64,000 nucleotides of DNA from Balamuthia mandrillaris (Eukaryota), in the NCBI GenBank assembly GCA_031835245.2, contig JAVKOQ020000028.1, positions 62,001 to 126,000 of the forward strand. Reading direction: 5' to 3'. This document shows, piece after piece, positions 52,559 through 64,000 of the stretch. The first letter of the stretch is position 1, and every line of letters starts with the position of its first letter. Position numbers and translations under genes: made by a program. The notes beneath the pieces are model-generated. The model saw only the letters and a list, made by a program, of their open reading frames with translations, was not told where the DNA came from and searched no databases.

Positions 52559-52595
<37 letters not shown>

Positions 52596-52763
52596 GGAAG
52601 CCGAACCGATGTGGTAGCCGTTGAGTTTGATGGAGCGAAACTGTTTGTCGTTGAGAAGGAGGGAGACCAAAGCATCCACATCTTGGGCCTTGAGGCTGAG
52701 GTTGCTGAGGTCCAACGTGGCCCCTTCCGTTTGGCTGAGTAACGTTCGTAATTGTTTCTCCAT
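43341..52763 (-). CDS. ROCO family kinase (LRR-Roc-COR-kinase-WD40-like; LRRK/Pats1-like)
   Basis: RNI-like and classical LRRs; Roc KLMLVGEGGVGKTS, WDFAGQ, VGTHLD; COR FLPLGFFSRL, CPHC; TKL kinase GKGAYATV, HRDLKTPN, DFG, DVYSFG; propeller-like C-terminus. Confidence 0.93.
52255..52550. repeat. Intronic A-rich low-complexity tract
   Basis: Directly visible in ROCO intron 1 (T-rich on the sense strand). Confidence 0.85.
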
Positions 52764-53164
52764 CTTCTTTTTATTATTTTTGTCTCATCGCTCTCTCGCT
52801 CTCTCTCGTTCACCGTTCTTTTTCCTCTCTTTCGTGAGTTGTTTGTTGTTCTCTTCTTCTTCCAACAAGGGAAGGGGTGTGAGACGCGCTCTCTCTCGGC
52901 TTCTTTCTTCTTCCGCTTTTTTTTTCTTGTAATATTTTACTTGAACAAATTTCCATGTCGTCACGGAAAAACGATAAACAAAAATATTGGTCTTTTTGTA
53001 AAAATTTTAATACTATTCAAATTAATTACCAATATATTAAATATATTTTAAAAAAATCACAATGGATTGTCCCGAGCCTATCAGGGGACTCCGCTGCGCT
53101 TCCCACCAAGTGAACTGCCACCACCAAATACAAGCCCACCCCCCTCTTGGGCGAGAGGAGGAGT

Positions 53165-54151
53165 TCATACATGTATCTCTTCAAAGCTAAGGCCTTGTTC
53201 ACGGCACAGTTGCGCCATGAAAGCGACATCAACCCCAGCTCCATAAGGGATTGGAATACGATCCGCCTTCATCTGGTGAATCTGCTCGCCTAGTTTCTTC
53301 CATGTGGGACCCAAGAGGGGGCGTGGGCTCTGTATTTGGTGGTGGCAGTTTGCTTGGTGGGAAGCGTAGCTTGAAAAGAGCAGACATCCTTCGTGGAGCT
53401 CTTCCTTGGAAGGCCAATCGCAAAATATGTTGTTTTCATCCTCGTTAGCTTGTTCGTGCTGTATTAAAAAGCTTTGTTGGAGGTCCTCCATCACCTTTCT
53501 GCAGAAGCCAGCTGCGGTCCTAAACTTCAGGGATTGTAGGTCGCGCCTCTGCAACTCTATCTCGCGCTCGCGCAGTTCAAGTTTGATTTGAAGGTTTGCC
53601 ACTTGAAGTCCCAGCGCCAGGACTTCAAAGTTTGCATCGGTGGGGGCTCCCTTGCAGCGATCCAACAAGCGCCAAACGTCATGTGGCTCTCCAGGATTCC
53701 CCTGCAGCAGGTAGGCAAGTTCTGTTGGATTCCAGCAAGTTCTTTCCGTAGTGCTGTTTCTGAAGCCTCCGACGCGGCTTGTTTGTCCTCCTCCTCTTCC
53801 TCCTCTTCTCCTGTGTGTTGGAGGGGTTGGTTGCCGCTTTTGTTTAGCTGCCTTCTTCCTTCGATCGGACCTCTTCGGTTCTTCTGTTGCTTTTCTTCTG
53901 TAAGGAGTTGCTGGATGCTTTCCCTCTCCCTCGCGCGCTTCATTCACGGATGCCTTCAGCCCCATGGCAATGACGTTCAGCGGGTTGGGAGGCAAAGCGA
54001 TCAAGTAGGATGGCTCCGTGAAGGCCGCGTGCAGCCCCACCTCGGGCACCAGCAGGTAAAAGCTAGCGGAGGCCAACTCCACAAACCGTTGGGGCATAAT
54101 CCCCGTGTGGTGCGTGCCCAGGACACCCGGTGGGTGTGGTGGGGGTTGCAT
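53165..54151 (-). CDS. Hypothetical intronless protein (328 aa) with coiled coil
   Basis: Long ORF of ordinary composition, no microsatellite introns, no family recognised. Confidence 0.5.
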   Translation of the reverse strand: MQPPPHPPGVLGTHHTGIMPQRFVELASASFYLLVPEVGLHAAFTEPSYLIALPPNPLNVIAMGLKASVNEAREGEGKHPATPYRRKATEEPKRSDRRKKAAKQKRQPTPPTHRRRGGRGGGQTSRVGGFRNSTTERTCWNPTELAYLLQGNPGEPHDVWRLLDRCKGAPTDANFEVLALGLQVANLQIKLELREREIELQRRDLQSLKFRTAAGFCRKVMEDLQQSFLIQHEQANEDENNIFCDWPSKEELHEGCLLFSSYASHQANCHHQIQSPRPLLGPTWKKLGEQIHQMKADRIPIPYGAGVDVAFMAQLCREQGLSFEEIHV

Positions 54152-54438
54152 GTCTCACTCGCTCCCGCCTGTCCTGCTCCGTTGGCGGATTTTTGTCGAC
54201 TAAGATCTCTGCCTGAGACACAGAGGCCTTTTTATGGTAAGTAACAAACTTTTTTTTGATTTCTGTATGGTGGTTTGAAACTTAGGGTAACAGATCAAAG
54301 CTGTCTGTATTTTCCGTGTCGTCACGGAATGTCGTTAACTATTTTTCGTGTCGTCATGGATTATAACAAGAGATAGAGGAACAAAACTGAGAGAGAAAAA
54401 AGTTGTTCGCGACGCTCCCCACTTTGTTGCAAGCGAAC

Positions 54439-55021
54439 ATGGCTGTCGGTCTTTTATGTAGCGCAATACTGGGTCTCATGATCTTTATACTTGGTTTGTT
54501 TGTCGTCGCTCTCACCAAAAACTGCGTGGTACGTGATCGCTGTCGATAGGACTGGTTGTTTCGCTGACAAGAGCGCAAGTCGGTCAAGCGTACGGCTACC
54601 CCAACGACCCTGCCTCTCCGCTGCACCAACGGGTGCGAGCCCACGCCAACCACGCGGAGTACGCCCCAGCTCTCATGGCCATCATGCTCTATTTGGAGGC
54701 CAGAGGGACGAGCAGCTGGTGGATGAGCCTCAGCATGCTCGCCGTCACGTTGAGTAGGGTGGCGCATGTGTTGGGCTTGGCGTTGCCACCCACCATGGCC
54801 AAGGGCAATCCTCTTCGTTTCATTGGTATGCATGAGAGAGATGCAGAGACAGACAGAAGAGAAACCGAAGAAAGAGAGAAAAGGGAGAGATGAAGAAGCA
54901 GAGGTAGAAGTATTTGTGCTCGCTAAGCCACTTATCGTGTTTTCTTTTGCTTCCTTTGATAGGTGCGCTCGGGACGTATGTTTTTGGTTCTCTGCTATGT
55001 TTGGCTGTATTGGTTGCATAG
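54439..55021 (+). CDS. MAPEG family membrane protein
   Basis: Exons 54439-54493, 54550-54825, 54963-55021. RVRAHANHAEYAP and SRVAHVLG motifs; four TM segments. Confidence 0.88.
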
Positions 55022-55151
55022 AACAGCAAAGGCAGAAAGAGGAAGCAAAGCCAGAGAGGAAAAGAAAGCTGGAGAAGCAATGAAAGGAAAAACAACGATC
55101 AAGAAAAGAAAACTGCTCAAACCTTCTACATCTTTGTTAGCAAAAGCACCT

Positions 55152-56956
55152 TCACAACCGCATAGCATTATCCACAACAGAGGAAGGAATGGTGGCCAAC
55201 AACAAAGTGTTCTCCGGAGATATCGATGGAGAGACGTATCGCACCATCCTCACGTTATAGCCCAGCTCCTCCAGAAAACGAGCTCTTCCCACATCCATCA
55301 GCTCCTTGCACTTTCGACCTAGTTCCTCTTTCTCCTCTCTGCTCAACCTCATTACTCCTTTTGTGCTCGTTGCTTCTCGTTTCTTCTTTTTCTCGTTCTT
55401 CTTTCGGCCTCTCTTTTCGTTGTGATGATGTTGTTGATGTTGATGAAGAAGGTGAAGACAAAGATGGAGACAAAGCGTCCCTTGGTAATGGATCATGAAA
55501 GGCACAAGTGTACCAACTGGATGCGTGAGCCATGACCTTGAACTCAAACGGAGTGAAGCCCAACTGCCGGAAGAACTTCTTGTTGACATACGAGGTCCAA
55601 TCGCAGCGGTGGTGACAGCACAACGCGATGGCGATGCCTATATACTTATTATCTCTTTCGGTTTCGCTTTGATGTTGATGCGAGGAGATGGCGTTGGCTA
55701 CGCAACGAAAGGCCAAGTCGGAGGCACCGCCGCAAAGATGCTTGCCAACGACCACCATTTTGGCTCTGCTGTTGTTGTTTACGTGTTGTTGTAATGCGGA
55801 GACTTTGCTGAGATCCAAGTCTTTGATGTCGATGTTTATACGTTCAAATACTCCTCCGTTGCCCTCTAATGTTTGTTTATGACGTTCGTGAGATGTGAGA
55901 GTCAGAGCGAGGAGAGAGGATGCGGAAACCTTGCAGTTCCTCCCGATGCCAACTTTCGGCCTTGTGCCGACTGTTTTGTCGGTCGACGAGAATGTTGGCC
56001 CGCACTCCATTGCACTGCTGAATGACATGGCTCAGCCAGCCTTTGCCCGCTCCCAATTCCACATACATCAACTGTTCTTCTTTCGTTGCTTCTTCCTTTC
56101 CTTCTCTCTCTGCAGAATCTTCTTGCTGTTCGGTTCTTCTTTTCTTCTTTTGTGGCTGTTCCTTTTCATCCTCTTCTTTCTTTTGTTGCGGAACAGAAGA
56201 GCAAGAAGAAAGAGAGCGGCAGCAGCGAAGAAGACCGTTTCGATGGAGATGACCGCACAACGAGGAGACCTGCGTCATGTGCTTGAAGCTGCAATGTCCC
56301 TCATCCTTCAGCAACTCCTCCACCGACGGATGCTTCAGCTGTTCCGTCGGCAACGGAAACCTTATTCCTTGTTCACGTTCTGCTCCCTCTCTTTCTTCTT
56401 CTTCTTCTTCTCTTTCTTCTTTTCTCTGTGAAGCACAAAGGGAAGCATGGGCAGAGTGCACCTTGGCAGCAATCCTCTCAAACACCTCCGCCTCCAACCG
56501 TTTCACCAACGACACTCCCTGCCCTCCATGCGACGACCCACCACCGCTCCCTTTCTCTTTCTGTTTCTCCTTCTTCTCCTTTTCTTTCTCTTTCTCCTTC
56601 TCCTCCTCTTTCTCTTCTTCTTCTTCTTCTGGCAAGAGTTCATCCCGACCGGCATTGAGGTCGAGGGAGAAACAGGGCAGGGAGCGCCTCCTCTGGTCGA
56701 GTAGCAGGGAGGGACACTTTTTGAGGTGCCGCTGGAGCTTGGTGGCGTAGACGCTGTGTCTTGGGTCCAAGGGGCATGCCACCCTATCGCTTTCATGCGA
56801 GGAGGAGGAGGATGAGGAGCGATGCGTCCCGCAGTAGAGTTCGCCTGGGATGGGCGTGACGCGGCAGTAGCGTTTCCGTTTGGTCACGTAGAAATGGCAG
56901 TGGGCAGCAGTGGTGCTGGTGCTTGTGGTTGTGTTCGTGGGAAGTGGCGGCTCCAT
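55152..56956 (-). CDS. TRM13: tRNA:m4X methyltransferase TRM13
   Basis: CHFYVTKRKRYC zinc finger, CPLDPRHSV...HLKKC, ELGAGKG, KHLCGGASD, CCHHRC, SPENTLL. One clear intron; apparent frameshift in linker ~55360-55495. Confidence 0.93.
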
Positions 56957-57412
56957 GGTCTTTCCCAAAAGAAGAAGAAGAAGACGCGAAGAACAAAAGG
57001 GAAAGAAGGGGAGAGAGGAGAGGGAAGAGAAGAGGAAGTAACGGACAAAGAGAGGTCTTCTTTCTTTCTTCTCCTTGGGTGTGTCGACAAAAATATTCAC
57101 AAGGACGACATGAAATCGAAAACTGTCCTATTATTACATTAGGTACCTATTAGGGTGACATCGCCGAAATTAGCGCTCTTCATGTCGACGTAGTGTCGAC
57201 ACATATTTAAATAAAAAATTAAAATAAAAAAAATAAAAGAGAGAAAAAGAGTTATACTTGTTCCTTCCTCGCTGGGAAGTGGAGAACTGAAGCTCTTTTC
57301 AAGCCATGGTTCAGCGCTGAACAGTTTGCTTTCCGACAAAGCACGCATTTTCTTTTTTAAAATATAACCTTTTCTTATCAATATATTGGAAAAAAATTGC
57401 AAAGAAAAAATA

Positions 57413-60400
57413 ATGGCAGAGACGAGCCCGGCGAGCGATGGAATGAACCAACTGGTGGAGGAGTACAGGCTCAGAGTTCAACAGCTGGAAGCGGAGCTGG
57501 CAAAGTATCGCCCGGCACCTCCATTCGCCCAAAAGCAGAAGGAAAAGATACCAGCGGAGGAGGAAGAAAAATCGATCGTTATAGAACCAACAACCTCTCC
57601 ACGACCCGAAACAACCGCAACAGCACCCACTCGCATTCTTCATGAGCAAGCAAACAGGTCAGCCACCAACGTCCCTGTGGTCCTCTCTCCCGACGAACAG
57701 GCCGAAGAAGAGGAAGAAGAACAACGCGAGAACGACAAAGAAGAAAAACTGACAACATTGACAACTGCAAACACAAGAACGCCTTCTTCCTCCTCTTCTC
57801 CCTTTGCTTCTCCTTTCGGGTCCTCCTCCGAGAGAGAGCTTCCCATGTACTTTCGTAAAGGTCACTTTATCCATCTTCACGACGGCAACCAGCACAACGA
57901 CAGCAGCAGTCAAAACAACCACGCGATGGACTCTTCGTCAGAGGTGGAGGAGGAGGAAACGGAGGAAGAGGAGGAGGAAGATGGAGGAGGAGGAACGGAA
58001 GCGGACACGGAGAGCTCTTCTTCGCTGGCGGCCAGCGGCGAGCTCGACGCCGGTCACGATGGTGCCGCTTCCTCGCAAAAGATCTTTTCGGAGGACGAAG
58101 AGGAGTCCGCTGCTTGTGTCGGTTTAAGTATGTTTGAAAATGAGAGAGAGAGAGAGAGAGCAGAAAGAGGGCGAGAGAGAGAGAGAGAGAGGAGCAGAGA
58201 GCAAAGAGCAGAGAGGAGAGAGCAGAGAGCAGAGGATTACTAGAGTGCTAACATTTCTTTCGTCTCTACTATTTCTTCTCTTCTTTCGTATTGTTAACAG
58301 CTTTAAAATATTTCTATAACCTGGAGACGTCAAAGCGGTACGTGCAGACCACGGTGGATCCTTCTTTGTTGACCTCGACGGTGCTGCGTGCTCTCGTGGC
58401 AAAGTCCATGGACTTGTCTTCCTCCTCAGACTTGGCTGTCTATGAATGGACCGATGCCAGCTCTGCCTCCTCCATTACTGCTTCTTCTTCTTCTTTTGCT
58501 ACTTCTCCTTCTTCCTCCATTTCTTCTTCTTCTTCTTCTTCTTCTTCTTCCGTTTCATTGTCTGGTTCGACGAGTTGGACGGGAGCAACACCTCCTCCTG
58601 TTCAAAAAGGCAAGAGAACTGTTGTCTCGCATAGAGAAGCGGTTCACCCTCAACACGCGCCTTCCGCTCCTATCTTTCATCATCCACAATATCTTCACCC
58701 TCACCAACACTTTACAAACGAAGTAGATATGGACACATCCTCTTCAACAACAACAACTTCGAAAGGGAGTTTGGCCTCGTCTTCTTCTCTATCTTCTCCT
58801 TCCTCGCCATTATCTTCCTCTCAAAGACAGAACGTTCTTGGAGCCAAAAAACGGAACTCAATGTCGGGCCTGCCTTCACAGCAACAACACCCGAACGACA
58901 CCACGGCTCTCTCAAAATCTGCTCCCTCTTCAGGACCCAGTATCATTGCCTCCTCCAATGCCTTCAGCCACAAGAACCGACTCTCTTCTTCTTCCTCGTC
59001 GCCGTCTTCGCTTTCTTCTTCTCTCAACGAGAGTCGACGCCATTCCGTTACTCCAACTATAACAACCACTCCCATCGATAACAAACACAACCTCAACCTT
59101 CCTAGCTCCAGTGATGGCAGCGAACGCACCGAAACTACCGGAGCGAAGAGAGAGAACAGCAAACAAAAGTCGCCAAGGCCACGGCCTATGCGGAAGAGCT
59201 CTTCTCATGAGAACATGGCAGAAATAGTTCGTCTTCACAAAACAAAGCAGAAACAACAGCTGAGTTCCTCACAAGACCTCTCTTCCTCTTCTTCAACTCC
59301 ACCAACAGCTGGATTACTATTGGGACAAGCTCGAGTTGCTGACCCACAACAGCAGTCCAACAACAACAACAACAAATGCAAGAACAAGAAGCAAAGCAAA
59401 CGACCAACAAAAAGGATGGTTTGACGCCAGAACAAGAAGCTACGGAAGGAGGAAGCAGTGGTGAAGATGGAAGCAACACATCGCAACAACTCTCTCCGAA
59501 AGATATAAAGAGAAAAGAAAAGGAGCTGCGTAAAGAGCAGAAGAGAGAGGAGAAGGAATTGAAGAAGGAGCAAAAACGAGAAGAGAAGGAGATAAAGCGA
59601 GAACAGAAACGAGAGGAGAAAGAGCAAAAGATGCTGAAGAAGGAACTGAAAGAGGGTCTTCTTCGAGAGCTGAAGGAAGGAGAGAGGATAGATCCTGACG
59701 TGGATTACTTTGTCGTTCGTAAGGATGAGCACATGGAAGAGGTGTTGGAGCGGTTGAAGGAACGACTCAAGAAGACAAAGAAGGTGTGGACATCGGACAA
59801 CTGCCCGATGGACATTGCATGGATTCCTTCCAGCGAGTTGCACCTTCGCAACCCGGATGGCAAAATCGGTATTCTTTTTCTTACTCTGTTTCCTCTTATC
59901 ATCTGCTCTTCCTCTTCTCCATTCACCCTTGCTCCACCGTTCTGCTCTTCTCACTTTGTTCTTCCACTCAACAACGAAAAGGAATATGCATGTGCCCAGG
60001 AAGGAACAAACCCAAAAAGAGACACGTCTGGCAAAGAGACCTCAGCAAGGACCTCGATCGCATGAAGCAGGTCTACGGCTGCGACGTTCTGGTGACCCTC
60101 ATCCGCCGTCAAGAGATGGAGGAGATGCGGCTGCTGGACAACTTCTTTCCCGAGGTGGACAAGCACGCCATCGAGTCCTTCTGGCTGCCCATCAAGGACA
60201 AATGGATTCCCAACTCCATGATAGGCCTCATGAACCTCGTGGAGCGCATCCTGATGCGCTTGCACCAAGGCAAGCGCGTCGTGGTCCACTGCAACGGCGG
60301 TAAAGGGCGTTCGGCCACCGTTATAGTGGCCACCATGGTGGCCCTCGGAAGAAGCATCGGAGAGAGCACCAACATCATTCAGAGCACTAGAGGCGGCACG

Positions 60401-61159
60401 CTGCGGAATCCCTTGCAGCAGGCCTATCTGCGCCGCTTCAAGAGGGAGTGGAAGGAGCGGCGCAAGGAGCGGGAGCGGCGGTACAAACGGCGGCTCAAGT
60501 CCAGGAAGAAGAAGGACAAGGACATGATGAAAGCGATGGTGAAGGTGCGAGTGATGGAGGAGATCAGTCGGTTAACATCGCAGCAACAACAATCGTCATC
60601 GTCTTCATTCTCAGCTCCTCCTTCGACAGCAACGACACCTGCAATGACCAAGAAGAACAACAGCAGCAACAACAATCCACAACAACAAATGCTTGTAGAT
60701 GCCAGAAAGAGGACATCGTTGGCGGCTGAGGATGAACGCCGTCTTCACACGGAGAAGGAGGAAAGTGAGAAAGAAGACAAAGCAAAGCCAACAAAAGAAG
60801 AAGACAAAGACAAAGAAAGTCATCTGAAGATGGTAAAGACATTCAAGCGAAAGAAGAGAAAAGGTCTCTTCAACAAGAAGCTCAATAGCAGCAGCCTAAA
60901 CATGAAAGCGAGTTGGGGAGAGAGCAGCCAAAGCCAGAGCAGTTGCAGCGAGAGTGAGGACGAGGACGACTCGTTGGCCGTCTTCCTTCGGACGAGAGAG
61001 GAGCTGGTGGAGGAGGTTCAGGCCTTGGAGCGCAAAGTGGCCTCAGCGGAGGTGAAGCTGCAGGAGAGAAAGCTGCGTTTGGCTCAAGCCAAGAAAGAGC
61101 TGGAGCAGTTTGTGTCGGTGGACGTGACCACCATTATCAGCCGACCAAACAAACATTAA
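57413..61159 (+). CDS. CDKN3-like Cys-dependent protein phosphatase with long low-complexity N-terminus and coiled coils
   Basis: ICMCPGR...RDLSKDL...LVTL...LPIKD...VVVHCNGGKGRS (CX5R). Introns inferred at 58128-58300, ~59264-59352, ~59869-59981. Confidence 0.85.
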
Positions 61160-61197
61160 AGAAACTTGTACTCTAAAGAAAACAAGCAAGAAGAGCT

Positions 61198-63205
61198 TTA
61201 GTTGCCAAAGTTTACAGTTTGTCTTCTGCTTCCACTCATCTCAGAAAGCTTGGTGCTCTTTCTCTTGGAGTAAACAAGAAACGCTGCAACCAGAGCGCCA
61301 CCGGCCAACAAGCAAAGAAGAGATAACGAAATGGACAATCCCAAGATAAGTTGCCTTTCCGTCGTCGTCATCATCGCCATCGGACTTTCCTTGCCCTTCT
61401 TCGTCTGTATATCCATCTCCATCCTCTGTGGCTTCATCTACCGCTCCGTCTTCATTCGCAGTGCTCAGTAAAATGGATATGTCTATGCAGATAAACCATC
61501 AGTCCAACTGTAAAGAAGAGAAGAAAGAACAAAAGAAAGAAGAAGAAGAAGAAGAAGAAGAAGAAGAAGAAGAAGAAGAAGAAGAAGAAGAAGAGAAGAA
61601 GAAAGAAGAAGAAGAAGAAGAAGAAGAAGAACAAGAAGAAGAAGAACAAGAAGAAATAAGAAGAAGAAGAAGAAGAACAAGAAGAAGAGAACGAAAAGAA
61701 GAAGAACAAGAAGAAGAAGAACAAGAAGAAGAAGAAGAACAAGAAGAAGAACAACAAGAAGAAGAAGAACAAGAAAAAGAAGAAGAAGAACAAGAAGAAC
61801 AACAACAACAACAACAAGAAGAAGAGGAAGGAAGAAGGGAAGAATTAAATAACCAGGATCGTAGAGGACTTGTCTGCCGCCAGGAATGTCGATTTCCAAG
61901 AAGAAGGAGCGGTTGGTGTAGCTGTTGTAATCGTAGCTGAAATCCGTTTCTTCGAAGCCCCACTCCTCCTCTGCCCGTACATAACGTGACACAGAAGGTG
62001 GGTCCACCACAGAGAAGTTGCACTGTTTTTTTTTAAACCCACAGGAGATGATAAGCGGAAAGGAAGAGAAAGCACAGAAAGAAGATACCGAGGAAGAAGA
62101 AAAAGAAGAAAAAGAAGACGAAGAAGAAAAAGGAGGAGAAGAAGGAGAAAAAGAAGGAACACAGAAGCCAGAATAGGAGGAAGAGGAAAAAACAGAAACC
62201 TGAATGAACTGAACATAGAACTTGTCGATAACAGGACGAATGCGCATTCCCAAGTGATAGGGTCTGTCCGTATCAATGAAGAGCTCCGCGGGGCCTAACA
62301 GAGGAATATATTTGATGTCGTGTGAAAGGGTGACTCTCGTTCCGAGCGTCAGTTGGAAGAACTCGGATGCTGAAGCATTGGCCAGCTGCGCGGGCGATAA
62401 GGCTATGGAGGTGTAGTTCTTCACCAGGAAAGAGATCTTCAGGGACTGGGGATCGACTGTAATGTTTCTGGAGGCTCCACCGGAAGCTCTGGGCCAACAA
62501 CAAAAGAAGGTTAGCAGAGCACAGGGAAGAACAAGAAGAGGAGGTTGAAGAGAAGAACACAAGAAGCAAAAGAAGAACAAGTTTAAGAGGGAAACGAGAC
62601 AGAAGAAGCAATGAAGACAAACAGGCCGAATAACTGACTCATGGACATGGAGAGGAGAGGAGAACGAGGCAAAACTCACCTGAAGTGTCGGCTTTCAACC
62701 GCCTCACCCGTCAAATAAGCCGAGAGAACAAACTCTCCCTCCCCATCTCTTCCCAACCCTCTGGCCTTGAACTCCACCTCGTTCGCGGCCGTTTGCGCCA
62801 CGGTCCAAACCGAGGTGTTGGAGAACAGCACAAACAAAAGTCCCTGGTTTCGCACTGGTTCAGCACGCCGTCCGGTCTGAAACCCCCACAAAAGTCCTCC
62901 AGGAAGCCGGTCAGCTGGAAGTGGAACCAGTACTGCTCCTGGGTGGTGCCGTTCTCGGCCTTGGGGAAAATGAAAAAGCCGAAGCGCTCTCCCTCGAAGC
63001 GCACCTCCATCCTCTCCGAGTGAAGCACGAACGCGGCCTCCTCCTTGCTGACCGGAACGATGGAGCTCAGGTTGAAGCCCACATTGAGGTCTCTTGCTTC
63101 CACCTGATGGATGGTGGAGGTCTCGGCCGCCGTTGCGGCGACAAGAAGCTGCGCCAACAACAACAACAAAAACAACAAAAGGGTCGCAGGGTGGCGCGTC
63201 GTCAT
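61198..63205 (-). CDS. Type I membrane/surface protein (signal peptide, YDPDISILL motif, acidic stalk, TM), apparent frameshift
   Basis: Signal peptide MTTRHPATLLLFLLLLLAQLLVAATAA; multi-exon; C-terminal TM homologous to the neighbouring copy; +1 shift at 61351-61352. Confidence 0.75.
61513..61830. repeat. Intronic (GAA)n/(GAACAA) repeat
   Basis: Directly visible; source of the spurious poly-E/F/L/S ORFs. Confidence 0.92.
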
Positions 63206-63604
63206 AGTAGAAGGGGTTGGCTGGGTGGGTTAGTCTCGTATGGTCTGGTCAACTGCAAACAAAATGAAGCTCAAACAGAAGCATTACCGGGCAACACCAA
63301 TCCCCATTCTTTGGCCATTGGTTCGCAGGTAATGAGTTAATCATTTCCAGGATGAAGGCAAAGAAGGCGAGAGAATGATCACCCTGCCTACCAGAGCGCC
63401 TCTGCCACACAACACACACTCTCATCCCTGCCATGGGCCACCACAAAACTTCCAACTACCTATGCTTGCGCTTGAGAGCAACGAAGAAGATGGTGAAAAG
63501 CGAGAGAGGCCAAAGAATGTCTTTTCTAAAAAAAAGACTTGGCAACAGCAAACGCTGTGAACCTTTTGGTTTTTGTTATATGTAATGCTCAGAGACTAAT
63601 GTCA

Positions 63605-64000
63605 TCAGCTCCCAAAGCTTACGCTTTGTCTGTTGCTCACTTTCATCTTGGAAAACACTCGCTTTCTATGCTCCGCATAATAGAGGAATGCAGCTACGGA
63701 GGCGACCACCACGAGGAAACACAGCAGGGACAGCGAAACGGATAATCCCATGACCAGAGCCTCGTCGTCATCGTCGTCATCATTTCTTTGCGGAGAAGCT
63801 CCTGAGCCTGTCTCGTCGGTGTAGCCATCTCCGTCTTCATCCGTATCTCCGTCTTCTGGAGGAGAGCTCAAAAGGATGGACAAATCTGTGGGAGATTGAG
63901 AAAGACGAGAGGAGACGACAGGTAAACAGAGAGAAATATGGAGGATGGAAAACAAGCACCCTGGAATAAAGACAAGAAAATGAAGACGATGGAACGTGCC
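63605..64000 (-). CDS. Tandem paralog of the 61198-63205 surface protein, 3' part only
   Basis: DLSILLS...EDGDGYTDE...DDDEALVMGLSVSLSLLC...RQSVSFGS aligns with DISILLS...EDGDGYTDE...LILGLSISLSLLC...RQTVNFGN. Confidence 0.8.
   Translation of the reverse strand, partial: GTFHRLHFLVFIPGCLFSILHISLCLPVVSSRLSQSPTDLSILLSSPPEDGDTDEDGDGYTDETGSGASPQRNDDDDDDEALVMGLSVSLSLLCFLVVVASVAAFLYYAEHRKRVFSKMKVSNRQSVSFGS

Noticed and set aside
51800..52560. Phe-rich membrane protein ORFs
   Set aside because: Read-through of the T-rich ROCO intron 1 around a genuine LRR exon.
59260..59380. Apparent frameshift in the phosphatase gene
   Set aside because: A plausible phase-1 intron (~59264-59352, CTGAC branch point then CAG) restores the frame.
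61428..62023. Poly-Glu/Phe/Ser/Leu ORFs
   Set aside because: Intronic (GAA)n repeat in the surface-protein gene.

Overview
Gene-dense, intron-rich eukaryotic DNA. Short GT-AG introns full of CT/GA microsatellites, a ROCO kinase and ComC-like surface proteins suggest an amoebozoan, possibly Balamuthia/Acanthamoeba-like (inference). About 20 protein-coding loci can be reconstructed by hand: 3' end of a lipase maturation factor, an F-box/beta-helix protein, a ~17.5 kb HECT E3 ligase, acyl-CoA oxidase with PTS2, M1 aminopeptidase, permuted papain-like amidase, GT90 glycosyltransferase, Pin1, a DUF3339-like small membrane protein, ROCO kinase, MAPEG, TRM13, a CDKN3-like phosphatase, tandem surface-protein paralogs and several hypotheticals. 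The most interesting locus is 39392-41454. The ORF track splits it, but six spliced exons give a prokaryote-type minimal nucleotidyltransferase fused to a HEPN-like domain (MntA-HepT toxin-antitoxin-like), plus coiled-coil, acidic and basic-tail extensions. Also seen: a recurrent intergenic CRTGTCGTC motif, an orphan tRNA-like T-arm, and several single-base frameshifts that probably reflect consensus errors. All family calls come from motif recognition by eye, not database searches.
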